Part shown: one piece after another, positions 17,524 to 26,362 of the stretch | How the letters are laid out: every line of letters begins with the position of its first letter | Numbering within the stretch: position 1 is the stretch's first letter | NCBI GenBank assembly: GCA_964353135.1 | Contig: CAYGTV010000001.1 | Span: 151,138-215,137, forward strand | From: an uncultured Candidatus Saccharibacteria bacterium | Lineage (GTDB): Bacteria > Patescibacteriota > Minisyncoccia > Phycocordibacterales > UBA918 | Length of the DNA stretch: 64,000 nt | Reading direction: 5' to 3' | Notes under the pieces: model-generated | What the model was told of the DNA's origin: nothing | Database searches by the model: none | The model's input: only the letters and a program-made list of their open reading frames with translations | Made by a program: the position numbers and the translations under genes

Positions 17524-18597
17524 ATGAAAAAAATGTCCCGCTATGTCAGTCGTCTGCTTGCTACTGTGTCTACGGATGTGGCGATCGATTTAGGGACAGC
17601 CAATACCCTTGTCTACGTAAAAGGAAAGGGGATTGTACTCAATGAACCAACCATAGTTGCCATTAATAAAAAAACCGGCCAACTCGCTGCGGTAGGAAAC
17701 GAAGCGAAAATGATGCAGGGACGCACCCCGCAGCACATCGAAGTGATCAGGCCACTGGTTGATGGGGTTATTTCTGACTTTGAAGTGGCAGAAGAAATGT
17801 TAGCGTATTTGATTAATAAAATCCGGAGTGACATGCGGACGCTTATTGCTCCACGAATGCTGATTGGGGTGCCTTCAGGTATCACCAACGTAGAAATGCG
17901 CGCGGCTCAGGATGCGGCTAAAAATGCCGGCGCACGTGAGGTTTTTCTGATTGAAGAACCAGTAGCTGCTGCCATCGGAGCAAAACTTCCGATCCAAAAA
18001 GCGGTTGGTAGCATGATTATCGATATTGGTGGGGGAACAACTGACATCGCTGTATTGTCCCTTAACGGGCTTGTGGTATCCAGGAACCTGAGGGTCGCAG
18101 GTGACCACCTAAACACTGCAATCATGGTGTATATGCGTGACCAGTTTAAAATCCAGGTGGGAGAAAAAACCGCAGAGGATGCCAAAGTGGCTTTGGCCTC
18201 GATTGCTCATACCGAAGCAGGTAAAGAAATGGTGGCACGTGGTCGAGACGTTGTGACCGGTTTGCCACGGGAAGTTGTGATTACTGATGCTGATGTGCGT
18301 GATGCGGTGGCTTCAAAGCTAGAGACTATTGTCGATAGTGTCCGCAGTGTACTTGAAGAAACACCACCTGAGGTGATGGCCGATATCATGCAGCGAGGAA
18401 TCCATCTTGCCGGGGGTGGAGCGCTTATCCCGGGACTTGCTTCACTCCTTGAGCATGCGCTCGAGGTCCCAGTAATTGTGGTGCCAGATCCACTGAGGGC
18501 TGTGATCCGTGGCGCTGGAATTGTGGTAGAGGATCTCGAATTATATGAAGATTTACTAATTGATCATGCTGATACGTTCGCGCCGCACCTCGGATAA
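17524..18597 (+). CDS. mreB: rod-shape actin homolog MreB (operonic copy)
   Basis: VAIDLGTANTLVYV motif, DIGGGTTD, and a full actin fold. Followed by mreC, mreD and mrdA. Confidence 0.9.
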   Translation: MKKMSRYVSRLLATVSTDVAIDLGTANTLVYVKGKGIVLNEPTIVAINKKTGQLAAVGNEAKMMQGRTPQHIEVIRPLVDGVISDFEVAEEMLAYLINKIRSDMRTLIAPRMLIGVPSGITNVEMRAAQDAAKNAGAREVFLIEEPVAAAIGAKLPIQKAVGSMIIDIGGGTTDIAVLSLNGLVVSRNLRVAGDHLNTAIMVYMRDQFKIQVGEKTAEDAKVALASIAHTEAGKEMVARGRDVVTGLPREVVITDADVRDAVASKLETIVDSVRSVLEETPPEVMADIMQRGIHLAGGGALIPGLASLLEHALEVPVIVVPDPLRAVIRGAGIVVEDLELYEDLLIDHADTFAPHLG

Positions 18598-19480
18598 CCA
18601 GAAAATTAAACGACTGCTCTTTGTGGTAGTTGGGTTGTTTGCGTTAGCGTTAATTATCCCTTCGGTGGTTAGGTTTGCTGCAGGGGTCGTGTTGTATCCA
18701 GTCATTCAGGTTGAAAATTGGTTTGCTGAATCAAATCAGGTACTTCCAACACTATGGCGTGACAAGATCGTTATGCAAAACCAAATTGACCAGCTGGAAC
18801 AGGAGCTAGCTCTGTCAGGTAAATTGGATTTAACTCAACGTCGCTTGTTTGATGAAAACAATCGTCTGCGTTCACTTTTAGGAGCCACCTCTTCACCCAG
18901 AACGCTCGCGGCTGTTGTTGGTAGGCCAGGCGAACTTCCATACGATCTGATTCAAATTGATCAGGGTTCGGCAGCTGGGATTGAGGCTGGGTCACCGGTG
19001 TATATCGGCGAAGATACAGTTATAGGTGTAGTTTCAGCGGTACAGCGCAACAGTGCATTTGTTACATTGTTTACTACGCCTGATTTTTTTGCAACGGTAT
19101 ATCTCTCTGGCCCAAATATAACAGCTTTGCTTGAAGGGCTAGGCGGAGGTGTAGCTCGTGTACGTGTACCACAGGGTGTGCCAATACGGGTTGATGACCT
19201 GGTTCATGTCCCCAGTGTACACCCAGGTGTATACGGGAGAATTGCTTGGGTTGAAAGCGAGCCAACCCAACCAGAGCAATATGGCTACATCACGCCCGAA
19301 ATCCCGATCAACAGCCTGTTCCAGGTTGCTGTCGCACAACCCGACATCATTACCACTGATGGAGAAGAAGCCAAGCAGTACATGTTAGAGATCCAAAATC
19401 GCTTACTGGTAATTCCTGAAATTACCCCAGCCACTACCAGTGCAACATCGACAGTTGCTACCACAACTGAACAATTATGA
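18560..19480 (+). CDS. mreC: rod-shape protein MreC
   Basis: N-terminal TM anchor and coiled coil, then a beta-rich domain. Positioned after mreB. The start may be the Met a few codons downstream. Confidence 0.7.
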   Translation: MIMLIRSRRTSDNQKIKRLLFVVVGLFALALIIPSVVRFAAGVVLYPVIQVENWFAESNQVLPTLWRDKIVMQNQIDQLEQELALSGKLDLTQRRLFDENNRLRSLLGATSSPRTLAAVVGRPGELPYDLIQIDQGSAAGIEAGSPVYIGEDTVIGVVSAVQRNSAFVTLFTTPDFFATVYLSGPNITALLEGLGGGVARVRVPQGVPIRVDDLVHVPSVHPGVYGRIAWVESEPTQPEQYGYITPEIPINSLFQVAVAQPDIITTDGEEAKQYMLEIQNRLLVIPEITPATTSATSTVATTTEQL

Positions 19481-19722
19481 TTCCGTTTGTATTACTCTTT
19501 TTATTTATAGTTTCAATTCTCAACAGCTGGGCGGCTATGATTGTTGGTATTGCAACTGTGTTTGCGTACCGCTACAACACAGTCTGGTTGTTTGTGGTAG
19601 GAGTGTTATGTGATTCTTATTTTGGGGCTTTTAGTGATGTTCCGGTCTACAGCCTTAGTCTCGGGGCATTTGCACTCTTGGTTGAAGTTCTGAAATTACG
19701 CTTAGTTGGTGTAAAATCATAA
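19477..19722 (+). CDS. mreD: rod-shape protein MreD (small polytopic membrane protein)
   Basis: 81 aa hydrophobic protein between mreC and mrdA. It overlaps the mreC stop. Confidence 0.5.
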   Translation: MIPFVLLFLFIVSILNSWAAMIVGIATVFAYRYNTVWLFVVGVLCDSYFGAFSDVPVYSLSLGAFALLVEVLKLRLVGVKS

Positions 19723-19723
19723 T

Positions 19724-21466
19724 ATGAGAACGCTACGTGACCGTTACACAACCGATGTGTCAGTGGAAGAAGTCTTGCTTGACGCTTCCAATATATCCTC
19801 TTTTAACCGAGAAAGAATGGAAGGGAAGCGAGAGTTGCGGATTGATAACCGAAGCCTATTACTTGTATGGTGGATGTTTTTGGCGATCGCTGGTGCGTTT
19901 ATCTATCAGGTATTCAACTTGCAGGTGGTAGAAGGGGCGACGTATTTAGGGATAGCAGAAAACAATCAGCGAGATCAGTCAGTGATTATCGCAGAGCGAG
20001 GGGTGGTGACTGATCGTCGGGGTGAGCCAATGGTGTGGAATGAGCTTGATGATAGTGGTGAGTATGACTTTCCGATTCGGGCGTATACAGACCGAGCAGG
20101 ACTGGGTCAGGTATTGGGTTATGTGAGTTATCCAAAGCGTGATAGCTCGGGTGTATTTTTCCGTACCGACTACCTAGGGCGAAGTGGGGTGGAATCGGCC
20201 TTTGACGAGAATCTCAAGGGGCAAAACGGAAGCGCGATTGTTGAGGTTGATGCCTTTTTGGAGGTGGTGAGTGAATTTGCGATTGATGAACCTGTGTCCG
20301 GTGGAGAATTGCAGCTCTCCATTGATGCCGAGCTGTCGGAGGCGATGTACAACATCATCTCGACCTCAACTACTCAGGCAGGATTTCGAAGTGGTGCTGG
20401 TGCGATTATGAATATTCATACCGGAGAGCTGATTGCCTTAACTAGTTTTCCTTCGTACGATCCAGAAGTTATGGCCGATGGTGACGATACAGAACTAATA
20501 GAACAGTACAACACTGACGACCGGCTCCCGTTTTTAAACAAAGCCATTAGTGGTGCTTACACCCCAGGTTCCATCGTAAAGCCGTTTGTGGCCTACGCAG
20601 CTCTCAAAGAAGGGGTGGTATCAGAAAATACTCGGATGTTTAGTAACGGAACGCTACGGATTCCAAACGTATATAACCCTAGCAATCCATCACTTTTCAA
20701 TGACTGGCGTGCTCATGGTGATATGACTGTACGTGAAGCGATTGCGTATTCCTCAAACGTATATTTTTATATTGTCGGAGGAGGGTTGCCAGAGTTTGCC
20801 GCTCCGCAGGCCGGACTAAATCATGGCATCGAAGGATTGGGTATTACCAAAATGGCGGAGTATTATCATAAATTTGGTATGGGGGAACTAACCGGGGTCA
20901 ATATTGCCCAAGAGCAAGCTGGCGTGGTCCCTGATCCCGCCTGGAAACAGGAAGTATTTAATGATGACTGGCGTTTGGGTGATACCTATTTCACTTCAAT
21001 TGGGCAGTTTGGCTTTTTGACTACACCGATCCAAATGTTGCGCGCCTATGCAGCTCTGGCTAATGGTGGATATCTAGTCACTCCGCACGTTATCGCCGGT
21101 CAGCAGAGTGAAAAAATCGATATCGAGTTAGATCCATATATTCTGCAAATTATTCACGAGGGTATGCGCAAGACTGTGAACTTTCCTGGTGGGACTGCTC
21201 GGGCATTTGAACGTAACGATGTAGCCATCGCAGCCAAATCAGGCACAGCTGAGATCGGCGCCGGGAATGCGTACGTCAACTCCTGGGCAGCCGGTTTTTG
21301 GCCGTACGAAGATCCTCAGTATGCGTTTATCTTGATGATGGACCGTGCTCCGCGCAGTAATGCACTTGGAGCAACGCGAATCATGGGTGATGTAGTTGAG
21401 TGGATGAGTATCAATCGACCTGACTACCTGGGTATAGAAATTGCGACAGAAACAGTCTCAGAGTAA
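19724..21466 (+). CDS. mrdA: penicillin-binding protein 2 (elongation transpeptidase)
   Basis: N-terminal TM anchor plus transpeptidase motifs STVK-like (SIVKP), SSN and KSGT. Confidence 0.85.
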   Translation: MRTLRDRYTTDVSVEEVLLDASNISSFNRERMEGKRELRIDNRSLLLVWWMFLAIAGAFIYQVFNLQVVEGATYLGIAENNQRDQSVIIAERGVVTDRRGEPMVWNELDDSGEYDFPIRAYTDRAGLGQVLGYVSYPKRDSSGVFFRTDYLGRSGVESAFDENLKGQNGSAIVEVDAFLEVVSEFAIDEPVSGGELQLSIDAELSEAMYNIISTSTTQAGFRSGAGAIMNIHTGELIALTSFPSYDPEVMADGDDTELIEQYNTDDRLPFLNKAISGAYTPGSIVKPFVAYAALKEGVVSENTRMFSNGTLRIPNVYNPSNPSLFNDWRAHGDMTVREAIAYSSNVYFYIVGGGLPEFAAPQAGLNHGIEGLGITKMAEYYHKFGMGELTGVNIAQEQAGVVPDPAWKQEVFNDDWRLGDTYFTSIGQFGFLTTPIQMLRAYAALANGGYLVTPHVIAGQQSEKIDIELDPYILQIIHEGMRKTVNFPGGTARAFERNDVAIAAKSGTAEIGAGNAYVNSWAAGFWPYEDPQYAFILMMDRAPRSNALGATRIMGDVVEWMSINRPDYLGIEIATETVSE

Positions 21467-21484
21467 GGGCAAATTTATCCCCAA

Positions 21485-21512
21485 TTGCATATTGCATGAT
21501 GATACGTATAAT
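21485..21512 (+). promoter_or_regulatory. sigma70-like promoter TTGCAT-16-TATAAT upstream of greA
   Basis: Near-consensus boxes read from the sequence. Confidence 0.45.
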
Positions 21513-21541
21513 AGCTGTAATTCATTAATCAAACGTAGACT

Positions 21542-22012
21542 ATGACAGATGCACAATCGTTCTTAACCCCAGAAAAATTCGAGGAACTGAAAAAAGAACT
21601 CGAACACCTTAAAACTGTCCGCCGGAAAGAAATTGCTGAAGCGTTAGAATACGCACGAAGCCTGGGAGATCTTTCTGAAAATGCTGAATATCAAGAAGCT
21701 CGTGATATGCAGGCCGCTATCGAAGAACGAATCACGTACTTGGAAAAAACAATCAAAGAAGCCAAGATTGTTGATGATAAAAAGAAAGGTGATGTGGTTG
21801 GGCTTGGATCAGTGGTTCAGATCCAGAAAGAAAAAGAGAAAGATAAAAAAGAATACACCATTGTCGGTTCAGATGAAGCTAACATCCACGACCGAAAGCT
21901 GTCATACCTTTCACCTTTAGGTGAAGCGCTCATGGGAAAGACTAAGGGCGATGAGTTTGAGTTTGAGACTCCTGTCGGTATCCAAAAGTACAAAGTTTTA
22001 AAGGTTGCTTAA
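21542..22012 (+). CDS. greA: transcription elongation factor GreA
   Basis: 156 aa with an N-terminal coiled coil and a C-terminal FKBP-like domain typical of GreA. Confidence 0.9.
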   Translation: MTDAQSFLTPEKFEELKKELEHLKTVRRKEIAEALEYARSLGDLSENAEYQEARDMQAAIEERITYLEKTIKEAKIVDDKKKGDVVGLGSVVQIQKEKEKDKKEYTIVGSDEANIHDRKLSYLSPLGEALMGKTKGDEFEFETPVGIQKYKVLKVA

Positions 22013-22020
22013 GCACTCCA

Positions 22021-22100
22021 TCTACTTCGTTAGACTGCGCAAAAAGCCGCTCGCTGGGCACTCGCCCCACTCGCGGCTTTTTGCTTGTCCGCCTCGTATC
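22021..22100. repeat. intergenic repeat, copy B (terminator hairpin GCAAAAAGCCGC...GCGGCTTTTTGC)
   Basis: Second copy of the element at 16044..16123. It also lies between a gene end and an aminoacyl-tRNA synthetase gene. Confidence 0.7.
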
Positions 22101-22209
22101 TGAAATACTTACACAACTTTAAATATCAGGGTGGGAACGTTCAGAGTTGTTGTAGTCAGTATCTGCTGGGCTTTTCTTTTACCTACTGGTGCGCTACGAT
22201 AGCTCTACT

Positions 22210-23814
22210 ATGTTTTGGGCAGATAAAATCGCAGATGAAGTTGAGCGACGTTACCAGTCTCACATTGAGGCAGGTAAACCGATTGTTGTGCGTGATGAAA
22301 AAACCGCCTCAGGGCAGGTGCATGTTGGTTCGCTTCGCAGTGCCGCTTTACATGCGATTGTGGCCGACATCCTACGTGATCGTGGGCACAACGTCGAGTT
22401 TTACTTCGAGATCAATGACTTTGACCCGATGGACGGTATTCCGGGTTACTTGGACAAAGAGGTGTATGCAAAATACATGGGACACCCACTGTTCAAGATT
22501 CCGTCTCCGGTGGAGGGGTATGAGAACTTTGCTGAACTTTATGGTCAGGAATACGTTGAGGTGGTCAACAAAATTGGTTTTGGTGCGACTGTGTATCGAG
22601 CGACTGAATTATACAAGGAAGGGAAGATGAACGACCAAATCCGAGCTACGTTAGATAAGAAGGATATCATTCATAAGATTTACAAAGAAGTCTCAGGTAG
22701 CGACCGGGCGGCTGATTGGTATCCGCTCAACGTCATCTGTGAAAATTGTGGCAACCTAAGCGCTACTCGCATTACTAACTGGGACGGCGAGATGGTTTCA
22801 TATACCTGTTCATCTGACACTATCGAGTGGGCAGAGGGTTGTGGTCATACGGGCCGAATCTCGCCCTTTGACGGCAATGCATCACTGCCATGGAAACCAG
22901 AGTGGGCAGCAAAATTTGTAGCTAAAAACGTCAATTTTGAAGGTGGTGGAAAAGATCACTACACCAAAGGTGGTTCACGTCAGGTAGCAGAAGCAATCTG
23001 TCGGGAAGTATATGAACATGAGCCACCGTACGGAGTGTTTAACGAATTCTTCCTCGTGGGCGGAAAGAAAATGTCATCAAGTAAAGGGAACGCAGCCACC
23101 GCCAAAGAAATGACTGAATTGCTCCCGCCACACATGTTGCGTCTGCTGCTGCTCAAAACACCAATCAACCGGCAAATCGACTTTGACCCAGAAGGGGACG
23201 CTATCCCAGTTCTGTTTGACGTGTACGACCGACTAGCAGAGAAAACCTGGAGCGGGGTAGCGGATGATGATTCACAAGTATTTAGATACTCACACCTACC
23301 TGAAGATCGGGCTGTTGTGTCAGGGAAAACTGTCCTCACAGAAGAACGGTTTTTACCTAGGTTTTCACAAATCGCATTTTTTGTCCAAATGCCACATATG
23401 GATGTGTACCAAGAGGTCGCAACACTTAAGGGAGAAAAACTTACACAAGCTGATAAGAGAGAAATTGAACTTAGAGTCGAGTACGCAAAACGCTGGTTAG
23501 CGAACTACGCTGATGAGCGATTCATCTTTGCTCTTCAAGAAAATGTTCCAGAACTGGTGTCAGAACTATCGGCCGAACAAAAGAGTGCGTTGGTACAGTT
23601 AGCTGACAAGATTGAGAGTGGTGAGGAAATGACTGGAGAAACCTTACACGCTTTGATTCATGATGTGAAAGAGGCTTCAGGGTTAACTCCACAGCAATTC
23701 TTCACCGCCATTTACATCGCATTCCTAGGAAAAGAAAGTGGTCCAAAAGTAGGTTGGTTCTTGAGTACGTTAGAGAAAGAGTTTGTAGTGGCACGATTGC
23801 GACTGGAAGAATAG
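22210..23814 (+). CDS. lysK: lysyl-tRNA synthetase, class I type
   Basis: N-terminus MFWADKIADEV...ASGQVHVGSLRS and the KMSSSKGN motif match archaeal-type class I LysRS. The ORF track begins 21 nt earlier at a GTG, so the start could be 22189. Confidence 0.8.
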   Translation: MFWADKIADEVERRYQSHIEAGKPIVVRDEKTASGQVHVGSLRSAALHAIVADILRDRGHNVEFYFEINDFDPMDGIPGYLDKEVYAKYMGHPLFKIPSPVEGYENFAELYGQEYVEVVNKIGFGATVYRATELYKEGKMNDQIRATLDKKDIIHKIYKEVSGSDRAADWYPLNVICENCGNLSATRITNWDGEMVSYTCSSDTIEWAEGCGHTGRISPFDGNASLPWKPEWAAKFVAKNVNFEGGGKDHYTKGGSRQVAEAICREVYEHEPPYGVFNEFFLVGGKKMSSSKGNAATAKEMTELLPPHMLRLLLLKTPINRQIDFDPEGDAIPVLFDVYDRLAEKTWSGVADDDSQVFRYSHLPEDRAVVSGKTVLTEERFLPRFSQIAFFVQMPHMDVYQEVATLKGEKLTQADKREIELRVEYAKRWLANYADERFIFALQENVPELVSELSAEQKSALVQLADKIESGEEMTGETLHALIHDVKEASGLTPQQFFTAIYIAFLGKESGPKVGWFLSTLEKEFVVARLRLEE

Positions 23815-23900
23815 TGACATTCATTTAAATAAATACTTGCATTTTACTATAAATATGTTATGGTGCTGTTCGCCAATGATGGCAAGAAAAGGAACAAAAA

Positions 23901-24308
23901 TTGAAAAATTCAAAGATCACTGCTCAGGCCAAACAACTCTTGGTCAAAATGACACCAAAACAGCTTGATGCGCTCAAGGTTGCCATCAAAGCTGAAGAAG
24001 CCAAGAGGGTAGAGGCCAGCAGAAAGGCAGCTGCCACAGCAGCCGCAAAAGCCGCCGCCGCACACGGCTTCACCTTGGTTGAATTGGGTCTTTCGCTGCC
24101 GGCAAAGTCGGCTGTGAATGCCAACTATAAAGAAACAAAGAAACAGATGACGTCCGAACCAAAGTTTGCCGATCCGGCAAACCCGGCTCGTACCTGGACT
24201 GGCAAAGGTCGCCGGCCTGATTGGTTCAAGTCCGCAGTGGCCTCAGGCACACGGCCTGATGCAATGCTGATCGCAAAAGCTCCACCACAGCTGAGCGCTG
24301 TTGCCTAA
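23901..24308 (+). CDS. H-NS-family nucleoid-associated protein
   Basis: The C-terminal DNA-binding motif KFADPANPARTWTGKGRRPDWF matches the H-NS, BpH3 and HvrA signature TW(T/S)G(R/K)GRxPxW. The N-terminus is an Ala/Lys-rich coiled coil. The start is TTG at 23901, or possibly ATG at 23949. Confidence 0.7.
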   Translation: MKNSKITAQAKQLLVKMTPKQLDALKVAIKAEEAKRVEASRKAAATAAAKAAAAHGFTLVELGLSLPAKSAVNANYKETKKQMTSEPKFADPANPARTWTGKGRRPDWFKSAVASGTRPDAMLIAKAPPQLSAVA

Positions 24309-24336
24309 ATCCCAAAAGGGGACCGCACATTCAAAG

Positions 24337-24366
24337 AAAAGCCTCGTCATTCGACGGGGCTTTTTG
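24337..24366 (+). terminator. intrinsic terminator GCCTCGTC-ATTC-GACGGGGC followed by T5
   Basis: 8-bp stem and T-run after the H-NS-like gene. Confidence 0.7.
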
Positions 24367-24606
24367 GTTGTGCGTTGTGTACATCAAGTGAGGTGTCGCT
24401 CATTGTGAGCGTCCGCGGGGACTGCGTGCCTGCTGTAGTTGGTGTGCGTCGGAGCGTGCGAGCAATTAGTGACACCGAACGACCGACTTGTCCCCAGATA
24501 AGTACCATGAAGTGGTTGCGGGTGGGGCGAAGTGTTATAGAATGTATGAGTGGTGGGAGATAGTGGTATACTAGAAATGTTAAGCAATTAGCAGATCTAG
24601 CGTACT

Positions 24607-24670
24607 GAGTGAGTTTCCGCAGTCCATAGGACTGTTCTCCACCAGTTGTATGGACTGCGGAGGCTCACTC
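24607..24670 (+). promoter_or_regulatory. 64-nt hairpin or operator-like palindrome GAGTGAG..CCGCAGTCCATA-N20-TATGGACTGCGG..CTCACTC, 11 nt upstream of the mraZ ATG
   Basis: Perfect 12-bp inverted repeats plus 7-bp outer arms. No T-run follows. Confidence 0.4.
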
Positions 24671-24680
24671 AAATCAAGTT

Positions 24681-25115
24681 ATGTTAATCGGTGAATACAA
24701 ACACACGTTGGACACTAAGCGACGGCTGTCACTTCCTTCTAAATGGAGGGATGAACTTGGTGGAAAGCTTGTAGTCACTCGAGGACTTGATTCATGTCTC
24801 TTTGTATATCCTCTGAAGGAGTGGAAGACGATAACCGATAAGGTTGGACAGCTTCCACTCGGTCAGGCGGATACACGGAGTTTTAACCGCTTTTTTCTGT
24901 CAGGGGCAGTAGAAGTGGAGGTTGATTCAGTTGGACGTATTCTCGTGCCAGACTTCTTGAAAGATTTTGGGGGCTTAGACACCAAGGTGGTGCTAGCTGG
25001 AATCCATAATCGCATCGAGATTTGGGATGAGACACGCTGGGAAGCGTATAAGAAGGGTGTTGAAGCACAGGCAGATGCCTTGGCTGAGAAACTCGGAGAT
25101 ATAGGCGTCCTCTAG
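24681..25115 (+). CDS. mraZ: transcriptional regulator MraZ
   Basis: Two SpoVT/AbrB-like halves with the DTKRRLSLP-type motif. First gene of the dcw cluster. Confidence 0.9.
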   Translation: MLIGEYKHTLDTKRRLSLPSKWRDELGGKLVVTRGLDSCLFVYPLKEWKTITDKVGQLPLGQADTRSFNRFFLSGAVEVEVDSVGRILVPDFLKDFGGLDTKVVLAGIHNRIEIWDETRWEAYKKGVEAQADALAEKLGDIGVL

Positions 25116-25136
25116 ATCACTAACATCCGTATATGT

Positions 25137-26015
25137 ATGAAACACGAAACAGTACTGCTTAGGGAAGCGGTAGAAGCACTAGCAATCAGGCCGGACAGCA
25201 CTATCGTCGACGCGACGTTTGGAGCAGGTGGCCACGCGACACAGATTTTGTCGCAGCTAGGTGCAGCAGGTTCATATATAGGAATTGATACAGATGAAAC
25301 AGCGCTACGTCACAAATTGAATGAATCTAAAAACGTCACCTTGGTTCACGGAAATTTCCGTGACCTAGAAACGCACCTTTCAAAACTAAACATAGATCAC
25401 GTAGATGGCATCCTGGCTGACCTTGGTTGGCGGATGGAGCAGTTCTCAGGCAACGGACGAGGTTTTTCGTTTAGGCATGATGAACCGCTTCTGATGACCT
25501 TGGGCGACCCGGTAGACTACCCGTTTACCGCCCGTGACATCGTCAATGAGTGGGATGAACACGTATTGGCTGACATTATCTTTGGCTACGGTGAAGAACG
25601 TTTCGCTAGACGAATCGCCAAGCGTATTGTTGAAACCAGAATTGAAACACCAATTGAAACCAGTAAACAGTTGTCAGACCTCATCGTCAGTGCGTATCCA
25701 GCTGCTGCCAGACACGGTCGGACTCACGTCGCGACTAAAACCTTTCAAGCGCTGCGTATAGCGGTAAACGAAGAGCTGGCAGTAATTGAGGAGCTCATTG
25801 AGCAAGGTATCAACCTGCTGGGTACACAAGGGCGGTTTGCCATCATCACCTTCCACAGTATCGAAGACCGAGTGGTTAAGCATGCATTCAAAGCTGCGGC
25901 TGCAGCAGAGCGTGGTCAGGTAGTTACCAAAAAACCGATTGTAGCCACTCCAGAAGAACTAGAAGAGAACCCCAGATCAAGAAGCGCCAAGCTTCGCATA
26001 TTTGAAAAAATATAA
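25137..26015 (+). CDS. rsmH: 16S rRNA m4C1402 methyltransferase RsmH
   Basis: N-terminal HETVLLREAVEAL and DATFGAGGH SAM-binding motifs. Confidence 0.9.
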   Translation: MKHETVLLREAVEALAIRPDSTIVDATFGAGGHATQILSQLGAAGSYIGIDTDETALRHKLNESKNVTLVHGNFRDLETHLSKLNIDHVDGILADLGWRMEQFSGNGRGFSFRHDEPLLMTLGDPVDYPFTARDIVNEWDEHVLADIIFGYGEERFARRIAKRIVETRIETPIETSKQLSDLIVSAYPAAARHGRTHVATKTFQALRIAVNEELAVIEELIEQGINLLGTQGRFAIITFHSIEDRVVKHAFKAAAAAERGQVVTKKPIVATPEELEENPRSRSAKLRIFEKI

Positions 26016-26053
26016 ACCAACCTATAAATACCCTCTAAATTTTCTCCACAATT

Positions 26054-26359
26054 ATGAGCAAAAGTCGCGAAACAATTTCATACTCTCCGTACACCCTCGG
26101 GCTGATAGCGCTGATTGGCGTTGGCCTGGTAGGCTACCTGTACTTTTTAAACCTCTCGGTAGTCCATGTGGTTATTCGTAAGGAACTAATGCTAGATGTT
26201 CAAAATACTAAAAACCAAATAGCACTACTCGAGACCGAATATATCTCGGCACAACACACAATTGCTGCTAATATGGCAGCAGTGTCAAAATTCCAAGAAG
26301 ATCAGGCAAAAATTTTTGTAATGCGTGATGCTTCTGACAGCTTTGTGCTAGGTCAGTAA
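26054..26359 (+). CDS. ftsL: cell division protein FtsL-like (bitopic, coiled coil)
   Basis: 101 aa with a single TM helix and a coiled coil, located between rsmH and ftsI. Confidence 0.5.
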   Translation: MSKSRETISYSPYTLGLIALIGVGLVGYLYFLNLSVVHVVIRKELMLDVQNTKNQIALLETEYISAQHTIAANMAAVSKFQEDQAKIFVMRDASDSFVLGQ

Positions 26360-26362
26360 TGT

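Noticed and set aside
22085-22630. 181-aa ORF overlapping the lysK 5' region in another frame
   Set aside because: lysK has strong homology in its own frame. This ORF has an odd composition (rich in C and W).
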